Of a stretch of DNA of 64,000 bases, positions 55,750 through 63,769 are shown in pieces. Both the position numbers and the translations under genes were made by a program. The stretch comes from Pedosphaera sp. (lineage in GTDB: Bacteria; Verrucomicrobiota; Verrucomicrobiia; Limisphaerales; AAA164-E04). A model generated the notes under the pieces. The model had not been told where the DNA came from, searched no databases, and was given only the letters and a program-made list of their open reading frames with translations. Numbering within the stretch: the first letter of the stretch is position 1; every line of letters begins with the position of its first letter. The stretch lies in NCBI GenBank assembly GCA_002690655.1, contig NZFL01000034.1, positions 38,708 to 102,707 on the forward strand. The letters run 5' to 3'.

Positions 55750-56829
55750 ATGAAAATTAGACTCCAGATGATACTGATTGTTGCGCTGCTACACGCGTGT
55801 GCCTGCACCTGTATTATGTCTGGTTCCCGACCGTCATTGCAGGATCCTGACGGTCAATCGACTGATATGACGAAGCCGGTCAAGGTTTATATCCTGATGG
55901 GGCAATCCAATATGTTGGGTTCCGGTCGTATTGAACCGGGCCGAAAAGGGCCCGAAGGCTCCTTGTCTCACGCGGTAAGGGAAAAGGGGCTGTATTCTTA
56001 CCTCATTGATGAAGATGGAGCTTGGACAGTGCGCAATGACGTTCGCAATGTGCGAGTCATGGGAAGTGGGCTCCGCGAGATGCAGGTTTTTGTCAATGAC
56101 TGGTTGACCATTGGTCAAAGCAATATTGGACCGGAAATTGGCATAGGCCATTACCTGGGCCAAGCAATCAATGAACCTGTTCTGCTGCTCAAGAGCTGTA
56201 TTGGCAATCGAGCTCTGGGTTGGGATCTGTTGCCTCCGGGCAGCGAAGGATATGAGTTCACCGATTCCAAGGGTGTGACCTGGGTGCATCCGGGTTACGA
56301 AGGTTCACCCGAACGTTGGCAAAAAGGCACCGATCCCAAGAAGATCACTTGGTATGCAGGTATGCAATATGATGGGGACATTGCGAGAGTCAAAGAAGTA
56401 TTGAGTGAACTCGATACGTATTATCCCGGCGCAGAGAAATACGACATTGCCGGTTTCTTCTGGTGGCAGGGGGATCGTGACAGTCGAAGCCAAGCGCTCT
56501 CCGCTCATTACAAAACAAATCTTGTCCATCTCATCAAACAATTGCGTAAGGATTTCAACGCGCCCGAAGCAAAATTCGTCTGTGCTTCCCTGGGGCAAAC
56601 GAGCAAGGACGAGACAGGCAATGGAAGGAAAATACTGGATGCCATGTTAGCCGTGGATAGCCGCTCCTCCAGTTATCCTGAGTTCAAAGGCAACGTAGCG
56701 GCAGTCTACAGCCATCCATTGTCCAAAGGCGGTAGTTCTGGTGGCCATTACAACGGCAATGCTGAAACCTACATGAACATCGGGGAAGCCATGGGGCTTG
56801 CCATGGTTGATCTGCTCACTAATTGGTAA
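55750..56829 (+). CDS. SASA-domain (sialate O-acetylesterase-like, CE6-type) lipoprotein
   Basis: The ATG at 55750 gives MKIRLQMILIVALLHACAC (lipobox-like). VYILMGQSNMLGSG (GQSN nucleophile motif), FFWWQGDRDS, GGHYNGN. Confidence 0.75.
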   Translation: MKIRLQMILIVALLHACACTCIMSGSRPSLQDPDGQSTDMTKPVKVYILMGQSNMLGSGRIEPGRKGPEGSLSHAVREKGLYSYLIDEDGAWTVRNDVRNVRVMGSGLREMQVFVNDWLTIGQSNIGPEIGIGHYLGQAINEPVLLLKSCIGNRALGWDLLPPGSEGYEFTDSKGVTWVHPGYEGSPERWQKGTDPKKITWYAGMQYDGDIARVKEVLSELDTYYPGAEKYDIAGFFWWQGDRDSRSQALSAHYKTNLVHLIKQLRKDFNAPEAKFVCASLGQTSKDETGNGRKILDAMLAVDSRSSSYPEFKGNVAAVYSHPLSKGGSSGGHYNGNAETYMNIGEAMGLAMVDLLTNW

Positions 56830-56946
56830 AAATGCTCCCTCAAAACTGATATTGGCAAGTGAACCCAAATGTGCCCACTTGGTCTGATACTTGCTCCCAA
56901 TCATTGCTGGAAGGGATTTTAGAAAACAAATGGAAAGGCGACGCTG

Positions 56947-57219
56947 ATGTCAAAAGCAATCATGGATCCGGAAGAAGTTCGACGCTTCGCGAAGGAGTTG
57001 AAGCACTTTAATGCAGGCCTTCAGCAGGGAATGACTTTGCTGGATGCGCGGTTCAAGGCGCTTGGCGACACTTGGCAGGATCAGGAACACCAACGGTTTT
57101 CAGAGGAATTCAGCCAGACCATGCGGGCTTTGAAGAAATTTGTTGAAGTGTCGAACGAACATACCCCCTTCTTGCTTCGCAAAGCGCAGCGGATCGAGGA
57201 TTATCTGGAGCAGCGATAG
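56947..57219 (+). CDS. WXG100 (EsxA/ESAT-6)-like small helical-hairpin protein, W-x-D variant
   Basis: 90 aa with a central Trp (W43, 57073-57075). The pattern IMDPEEVRRFAKEL...LGDTWQDQEHQRFSEEFSQTMRALKKFVEV mirrors the WXG100 consensus (...PEE(I/L)R...W.G.A...F...F......KF...). It is the first gene of a coupled four-gene cassette ending in an EssC-like ATPase. Confidence 0.7.
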   Translation: MSKAIMDPEEVRRFAKELKHFNAGLQQGMTLLDARFKALGDTWQDQEHQRFSEEFSQTMRALKKFVEVSNEHTPFLLRKAQRIEDYLEQR

Positions 57220-57221
57220 CC

Positions 57222-57806
57222 ATGCCCTCAAAGGCTCAGATACATTCGGTGGACGCTTTGGAATTGTTCAGGGTGAAGCTAGTCCAGTACCTCGAAAAGT
57301 CGATCACGACCATGGATGAAGTCGGCAGCGATCTCAAGCGAACGCTGATCTGGCTTGAAGAACAGCAAAAACCTTTTTGGGAACATCAAGTGCGTCTCAA
57401 GCGTCGTGCTTTGGAGGAGACGCGAAATGAAATCTTTGGAGCCAAGCTCTCACAGATGCGTCATTCCAGCGATGCACAGCAAGTAGCCCTTCAACGCGCC
57501 AAGCAAGCCTTTGAGGAAGCCGAAGAAAAGCTTCATCGAGTAAAAAAGTGGTGTCGTCGATATCAAAGCGATGTGGAACCGCTGGGGCGTGAAGTGGAAA
57601 AACTCCAAGCAGTCATGTTTCAGGACCTGAAACAAGGCGCCGCTCTCCTTGATCGAATCATTCGTACTTTGGAGGATTATGCGGATCGACGTAAATCGCT
57701 TGATTCGGATCGATCGGACATGGTTGAGGTTTTAGAGGGGGGAACTGGTTTGCCGGATCAGCGGGGTATCGAAGTCAACAAGGATTTGGGAGAGTCGGAA
57801 TCATGA
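57222..57806 (+). CDS. All-helical 194-aa protein of unknown function (cassette gene 2)
   Basis: It starts 2 nt after the gene 1 stop. Heptad-rich sequence with W-containing turn candidates (TLIWLEEQQKPFWEHQV). It has an R-T-L-E-D-Y-A-D-R-R motif like the C-terminus of gene 1, then an acidic/Gly tail. Confidence 0.6.
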   Translation: MPSKAQIHSVDALELFRVKLVQYLEKSITTMDEVGSDLKRTLIWLEEQQKPFWEHQVRLKRRALEETRNEIFGAKLSQMRHSSDAQQVALQRAKQAFEEAEEKLHRVKKWCRRYQSDVEPLGREVEKLQAVMFQDLKQGAALLDRIIRTLEDYADRRKSLDSDRSDMVEVLEGGTGLPDQRGIEVNKDLGESES

Positions 57807-58012
57807 GTTTGCACGCACGCAATCAATTAATGGCATTGACCAAAGATCTCCTTCGAACATGGGAACGAACGCGATCGGTTTGGAAAGATGGCAAGGCGGA
57901 CGCATTCGAACGCGACTACATCAAGGAACTCGAATCAAGCGTGAATCGAGCCGTTCATGGGATGGAAAAGCTGGATGTTATCTTGAAGAAAGTGAGGAAA
58001 GATTGTGGCTAA
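57803..58012 (+). CDS. Short WXG100-like helical protein (69 aa; W-K-D-G turn)
   Basis: ATGA overlap with gene 2. SVWKDGKADAFERDYIKELESSVNRAVHGMEKLDVILKKV resembles the W-x-G turn plus second helix of WXG100 proteins, with a shortened first helix. Confidence 0.55.
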   Translation: MSLHARNQLMALTKDLLRTWERTRSVWKDGKADAFERDYIKELESSVNRAVHGMEKLDVILKKVRKDCG

Positions 58013-61000
58013 AATACTCACAGCAGGTCAATCGATCTCGACCTTGGAAAAGCTCCGCCAGACCATGGAGGAGCTGGGGGGGCGCGAGAAGGCGTTGATC
58101 GCATCACGCGATCGAGAATTGAAGTCCATCCAGCAAAAATATGCCCTGGAAAATGCGCGCTTCAAACGACAGGCTGAAGCTGAAACACAAAAGGCGATGG
58201 AAGCTCTGAATGAAGAGCGAATTCGACTCGAATCCCACTTTGCCTTGCGTAAGGTTCGTATTGATCATGCTTATGAGAATGCGCAGAAGGCATTGAATGA
58301 GGCTGCCGAGCAAACGCGCAGTCAACAGAAGTATGAAAATCAAAAAGAACTTTTGCAGGCTAATCGCGCGCATGACGCTGACCTTCAATCCGTGGATCAT
58401 GTCAGGAAATCTTTTTCGGCTGAATTATCAAATGAGACCCAGCGTCTTGAGAATAGTGGTGGGCTTGGTTGGAGGGTTTTCAAAGGTTATGGTAATTTCA
58501 GGAGGTGGCTTCGAGATGGAGGGCAACCCTCTCCTGGCGAAGTAAGCTTCCAAGATGAGAATGCACTGCTTGAGTCATTGAAATCCCAGCTGACCGAGCT
58601 CGAATCGTCTCTCTCTTTTTCCGTTCACAACGCTCTGGCCCGCCTCTTCTCCTTCGTCTCCATCTGGCTGATCCTGTGTTGCCTTGGCATTGGTGGAGCG
58701 ATTGTATTCCTGATGCCGCAGGTATCCGATGCCATTGGTGCAACTCAGAACCGGATCTTGATAGGGTTCGGGGGTATGGGGGGGCTGGTAATGATTGTAT
58801 ACGCGATGGGCTACATACTGGCCCGAGGTGCCGCACGCTCCTTCGTGAATTCATTCGCAAATTGCACCGGCTTGATCGAACAATGCCAACTTGCCGCCAA
58901 TCGAAGTCGTGAGGATGCTACGGCCTCTGCACGTGAAGTTCTTCAGACCATTGAAAGCCGTCTTGAAGCCGCATGGCTTGATGCCGATGTTTCGGCGACA
59001 GAACAATGTGAACGCGGACTCAACAAGCTGTTACCCCAGCGAAACCGTTTGATGGCGCGGCATGAATCGATGCTTGCCACTGCGCTGAAACGCTTGAGTG
59101 AAAGCAGGCCCTCAGGATTGGATAATGGAAATTTTGCATTCCACGAGAAGGATGAAAAAGGTGAAACGGATCAACAGGCCCTGCAAACCGAGGTCATACG
59201 TCGTTTTGATCAAGAAATTGGAGACGTCTGTTCTGATTGGAATCGATTGATTCCTGCGTGGTGTTCAGACCTCAACACAAGTCGGGAAGCCGTTCGGCAG
59301 ATGGAACAGACGTGGAATACCGCATCCACGCAAGGGTGGGAAGTTCCGCTTTCAGGGGAACCGGCTGGCTGCTTTGCTCAAATCACAATCGATTGGAAAG
59401 AGTTTGCCCCATCGGTTCCTACTGATTCGAGCATGCACTTGCCAAAAGGCGCATGTTTGCAAGTGCCCATGGTCTTCAAGATGCCCTTGGGAGAATCGGT
59501 TTTGTTTGAATCAGAAGGACCTGCTCCTGAGCAAATTATCGAGGCCATCAATCATACCGCGTTGGAACTCCTGTTGACCGCTCCTGCAGGGCGGATGAGG
59601 TTTACCCTGATCGATCCGGTCGGTCTGGGTAAAAACTTTGCAGGGTTGATGCACCTTGCCGATTATGACGACCAGTTGATCAATCGACGTATCTGGACCC
59701 AACCGAATCAAATTGAACAGTGCCTGTTCGATTTGACGGAACACATGGAGAAGGTGACACAAATGTATCTCCGCAACGAATACGACACTCTGGCCGAATA
59801 CAATCAAGTCGCAGGCAATATCGCGGAAAAATATCATGTGCTGGTCGTTTCCGATTTTCCTACGGGATTCAGTGAATCTGCCTTGCGTAGATTACATAAT
59901 ATCGCCGTCAGTGGGGCCCGCTGCGGGGTGTTCTTGCTTTTGCATCGTGACCGTCGTCAGGCAATGTCCGAAGACGCTGTGGTCCACGACCTGCGCGAAC
60001 ACTGTGTTTGGATTCAATCACAAAAGAACGGATATCGATTGGGTGCGCATGCATGGACGGGCGTTCATTTGAATTGGATTGATCGAGTCAAACTTCAGGA
60101 CACGGTTCATCTCATCCATCAGATAGGTCAAGCCAATGTCGATTCGAATCGCGTGCAGGTTCCGTTCTCGCAAATCACTCCCAAGCCTGATGCATGCTGG
60201 ACTCAAGATACCAGCGCTTCATTGAAGGTTCCCATTGGGCGGACAGGTGCTTCGAAATTGCAGTATCTGACGCTCGGTAAAGGTACTCAGCAGCATGCCC
60301 TTATTGCAGGGAAAACCGGTTCAGGTAAGTCGACTTTATTTCATGTCATCGTCAGCAATCTTGCGCTTTGGTGTAGTCCGGATCAGGTCGAGTTCTATCT
60401 TATCGATTTCAAGAAAGGCGTTGAATTCAAGTGTTATGCTGCGCATAAAATGCCTCATGCCCGCGTGGTTGCGATTGAGAGCGATCGTGAATTCGGCCTC
60501 AGCGTTTTGGAGCGAGTGGATCAGGAACTCCGTCGGCGTGGAGACTTGTTCCGTGAAAAAGGGGTCCAGGATCTAGCGAGGTATCGTTCCGCTGAGGATA
60601 CACAGCCCCTGCCTCGCACACTCCTGATGATTGACGAATTTCAGGAATATTTTGTCGAAGATGATCACGTGGCTCAAAACGCAGCAGTTTTGCTGGATCG
60701 TATTGTTCGCCAAGGGCGCGCGTTCGGGATTCATGTGATTCTGGGATCGCAGACGCTGGGGGGCGCCTACACCCTGGCTCGCACTACTTTTGCCCAGATG
60801 GCGGTTCGCATTGCACTTCAATGTGATGAGGCGGACTCTTATCTGATCATGGATGAGAACAATGCTGCACCCAGACTTCTCTCCCGTCCCGGTGAAGGAA
60901 TATACAACAACAGAAACGGCGCAGTGGAAGGGAACAGTCCGTTCCAGACGGTCTGGCTGAATGACGACGAGCGAGATACATACCTGCAACAGGTGAGCAC

Positions 61001-61937
61001 CTTGGCTCAAAACCATGCTTCGAAGGAAACGGGCCCCGTGGTCTTTGAGGGGAACGCCCCTGCCGATATCAGGGATAACCATGAGCTTGTCGCCGCCCTT
61101 GGGATCGAACCTTCCGGCGATCCAGAAGAGACCTGCGCCTGGCTCGGGGCCCCCAATTCCATCAAGGGTCCGACAGGCGCTGCCTTTGGTGTGCAAAGCA
61201 GCAGTAACCTTCTGATCATCGGTCAGAATGAAGAGATGGCCTTTTCAATGATCATCAGTAGTTTGATTTCGCTTGCGGCACAACAATCCTCAGATCGGGC
61301 CGAGTTCATTGTTCTGGATGCCTTTCCAGATCATTCTGCCAAGCGTGAGATGATGGATCAGGTCATCGCCATGCTGCCGCATCGAGTCAGGTCATTGAAG
61401 CATGAGCGACTTGAGGACATCATGGAGCGACTTGAAACCCATATGGATCGGCGTGCCGAGCATGGAGCCGTTCATGGCGAAATATACTTCATCGTGATTG
61501 GACTTCAGTTGTTCAAGAAGCTAAGGCCCGAGGACGAATTCAGTTTTTCCGCAAATGAGGAAGAAGGTGATTCAAAGCCTGGTGCCGTATTGGATCGAAT
61601 CATTCGTGAAGGATCCAGCCTTGGAGTTCGGGTTTTGGCGACGATGGATTCCTACAACAGTAGCCAACGATTTCTAAACCGAAAAGCACTTTCGGAATTT
61701 GAGATGCGTGTCCTTTTCCAGATGAGTGCGAACGATTCAGCGGCGTTGATCGATCATACCAAGGCCAGTCAATTGGGCCTTCATCGGGCTCTTTTCTACA
61801 ACGAACGACGTGGATATACAGAGGTCTTTCGCCCCTACGCCATGCCTGATGGATCCTGGCTATCTGATGTGCGAGACCATTTCGAAAAACGTTCACCACG
61901 CCTAAGTAAAAGCTCCGGAGATACCTGCACTTCCTAG
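58005..61937 (+). CDS. EssC/EccC-like membrane-anchored FtsK/SpoIIIE-family ATPase with three tandem P-loop-type folds (only the middle one canonical)
   Basis: 1310 aa. A roughly 210-aa coiled-coil N-terminus, then a TM hairpin (aa 211-237 and 250-273; 58635-58823). FtsK-like fold 1 (aa ~495-700) has ...RFTLIDPVGLGKNFAGLMHLADY...HVLVVSDFP and no Walker A. Fold 2 (aa ~745-985) has Walker A GKTGSGKST (60309-60335), EFYLIDFKKGVEF and Walker B LLMIDEFQEY (60621-60650). Fold 3 (aa ~1045-1280) has IIGQNEEMAFS and YFIVIGLQLF at the Walker positions. The GTG start at 58005 overlaps the gene 3 stop by 8 nt; ATG at 58065 is the alternative. Confidence 0.8.
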   Translation: MAKILTAGQSISTLEKLRQTMEELGGREKALIASRDRELKSIQQKYALENARFKRQAEAETQKAMEALNEERIRLESHFALRKVRIDHAYENAQKALNEAAEQTRSQQKYENQKELLQANRAHDADLQSVDHVRKSFSAELSNETQRLENSGGLGWRVFKGYGNFRRWLRDGGQPSPGEVSFQDENALLESLKSQLTELESSLSFSVHNALARLFSFVSIWLILCCLGIGGAIVFLMPQVSDAIGATQNRILIGFGGMGGLVMIVYAMGYILARGAARSFVNSFANCTGLIEQCQLAANRSREDATASAREVLQTIESRLEAAWLDADVSATEQCERGLNKLLPQRNRLMARHESMLATALKRLSESRPSGLDNGNFAFHEKDEKGETDQQALQTEVIRRFDQEIGDVCSDWNRLIPAWCSDLNTSREAVRQMEQTWNTASTQGWEVPLSGEPAGCFAQITIDWKEFAPSVPTDSSMHLPKGACLQVPMVFKMPLGESVLFESEGPAPEQIIEAINHTALELLLTAPAGRMRFTLIDPVGLGKNFAGLMHLADYDDQLINRRIWTQPNQIEQCLFDLTEHMEKVTQMYLRNEYDTLAEYNQVAGNIAEKYHVLVVSDFPTGFSESALRRLHNIAVSGARCGVFLLLHRDRRQAMSEDAVVHDLREHCVWIQSQKNGYRLGAHAWTGVHLNWIDRVKLQDTVHLIHQIGQANVDSNRVQVPFSQITPKPDACWTQDTSASLKVPIGRTGASKLQYLTLGKGTQQHALIAGKTGSGKSTLFHVIVSNLALWCSPDQVEFYLIDFKKGVEFKCYAAHKMPHARVVAIESDREFGLSVLERVDQELRRRGDLFREKGVQDLARYRSAEDTQPLPRTLLMIDEFQEYFVEDDHVAQNAAVLLDRIVRQGRAFGIHVILGSQTLGGAYTLARTTFAQMAVRIALQCDEADSYLIMDENNAAPRLLSRPGEGIYNNRNGAVEGNSPFQTVWLNDDERDTYLQQVSTLAQNHASKETGPVVFEGNAPADIRDNHELVAALGIEPSGDPEETCAWLGAPNSIKGPTGAAFGVQSSSNLLIIGQNEEMAFSMIISSLISLAAQQSSDRAEFIVLDAFPDHSAKREMMDQVIAMLPHRVRSLKHERLEDIMERLETHMDRRAEHGAVHGEIYFIVIGLQLFKKLRPEDEFSFSANEEEGDSKPGAVLDRIIREGSSLGVRVLATMDSYNSSQRFLNRKALSEFEMRVLFQMSANDSAALIDHTKASQLGLHRALFYNERRGYTEVFRPYAMPDGSWLSDVRDHFEKRSPRLSKSSGDTCTS

Positions 61938-62168
61938 TTCTGTGGCTTTCCACATGGCTTGCTCCCAACTCATGAACGTGGGAGGTGAAAAGACTTCGCT
62001 CAAGAGAGTGCATGAAAACGGTTCACCTATTTGTAATTGAATGGCCACGAGCTGCGAGAAGAGAAATGGATTCTCTGATTCAGGCATAAACCTTGAGTTT
62101 TCATTGGGTTCCAAAATGTATACTCGCCTTTGATTTACATTTGGATTAAAGTGGATCCTATTGAGAGT

Positions 62169-63659
62169 ATGAAACAGATTAGCACTTCCTCAGCAAGTTT
62201 CGCATCAGCGAAAAAAACACGACGGCATTTCTTAAAGGACGGCTTGGCAACGCTCGCCACCATCAGCATCTTACCCAGCCATGTCATTCGCGGGCAGTCC
62301 GAGCTCAGGGATAAGGACGGGAAACTTGTTCGTGCTCGCTCAGTTGTTCCCAGTGAACGCGTGCGACTGGCATGCTGTGGAATTGGTAATCAAGGCGGCA
62401 GCGACCTGCGTGCGATGCACCAGACAGGTTTGGCCGACATTGTTGCTCTTTGTGATGTGGATATGGGGGGGGCTCATACACTCAAAAGCCTCAAGGCATT
62501 TCCAGATCTTCCCAAGTTTCAGGATTTTAGGGGAATGTTCGATCAGATGGGGGATTCCATCGATGCCGTCACGGTTGGGACGCCTGACTTCTCACACTTT
62601 CCAATCGCGATGCTTGCGATGTCCATGGGAAAACATGTTTACGTGGAAAAGCCGCTCACGCGCACTTTTCAGGAGTCAGAACTTTTGATGCGTGGTGCCA
62701 AAAAATACGGTGTTGTCACACAGATGGGCAATCAGGGGCACTGTCAGGATAACTATTATCAGTTCAAGACATGGGTGGAAAAGGGGATCATTCAGGATGT
62801 GCGTGAAATAACCGCGCACATGAACGGAGGGCGTCGTTGGCACGGATGGGACACATCCATGACTGCTTTTCCAAAGGGGCAAACGATTCCGGATACGCTG
62901 GATTGGGATACCTGGCTGATGACCGCCCAACATCACGATTACCATCGGGATTTTGTCCGTGGTCAATGGCGTTGCTGGTATGATTTCGGCATGGGAGCCC
63001 TCGGAGATTGGGGAGCGCATATCATGGATGGCTTCCATCAATTTCTGGATCTTGGTTTACCTGAAGAAGTCACTCCCATCAGGATTGATGGACATAACCC
63101 ATTGATCTTCCCGCAAGCTTCCACACTTGAATTTAAATTCCCAGCTCGAGGCAAAATGCCAGCGACAAAAGTCACTTGGTATGATGGAAAAGAAAACCAC
63201 CCTATGGTTCCTGAAGGTTATGGTGACATTAAGATCAACCGCGATGTCAATCCCGTAAATGGACGTGTGATGCCTGCACAGGAATTACCTGCTGGAAAGG
63301 AAATCTACGGCAAGGATCTTATATTCAAGGGGCATTCACATGGGAGCACCTTGTCGGTCATCCCCAAAGAAAAAGCAGCCGATCTCTCGACTGATTTGCT
63401 CAGTTATCCGAGAAATACAACTAATCATTACGAAAACTTCCTGAAGGCATGCCAAGGCCTCGAAACCACCCTGTCCCCGTTTGAAGTTTCCGCGCCATTG
63501 AGCCAGGTCTTCTGTCTAGGTGTGATTGCTCAAAAATTTAACACCCGACTCAAATTTGATCGGCACAATAAGCAGATAACTAATCATGCGCTTGCGAACC
63601 ACTGGCTAAAAGGAGCTAGCCCCAGAAAAGAATGGGAAGAGTTTTATCGCCTTGCTTGA
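62169..63659 (+). CDS. Gfo/Idh/MocA-family oxidoreductase with Tat leader (GH109-like architecture)
   Basis: MKQISTSSASFASAKKTRRHFLKDGLATLATISILPS (twin-arginine), Rossmann CCGIGNQGG, VYVEKPLT (EKP motif). The ATG at 62169 is preferred over the track start 62130. Confidence 0.85.
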   Translation: MKQISTSSASFASAKKTRRHFLKDGLATLATISILPSHVIRGQSELRDKDGKLVRARSVVPSERVRLACCGIGNQGGSDLRAMHQTGLADIVALCDVDMGGAHTLKSLKAFPDLPKFQDFRGMFDQMGDSIDAVTVGTPDFSHFPIAMLAMSMGKHVYVEKPLTRTFQESELLMRGAKKYGVVTQMGNQGHCQDNYYQFKTWVEKGIIQDVREITAHMNGGRRWHGWDTSMTAFPKGQTIPDTLDWDTWLMTAQHHDYHRDFVRGQWRCWYDFGMGALGDWGAHIMDGFHQFLDLGLPEEVTPIRIDGHNPLIFPQASTLEFKFPARGKMPATKVTWYDGKENHPMVPEGYGDIKINRDVNPVNGRVMPAQELPAGKEIYGKDLIFKGHSHGSTLSVIPKEKAADLSTDLLSYPRNTTNHYENFLKACQGLETTLSPFEVSAPLSQVFCLGVIAQKFNTRLKFDRHNKQITNHALANHWLKGASPRKEWEEFYRLA

Positions 63660-63769
63660 GCTTGGTGCGACCTCATCCCATATTTCCTCAGGCTATACTG
63701 CTTATCAATAAATGTTGAACGCGGAAAGCCTTTGGCTCCCGATTGATTGCTGACATGCTTTTCATGAGG

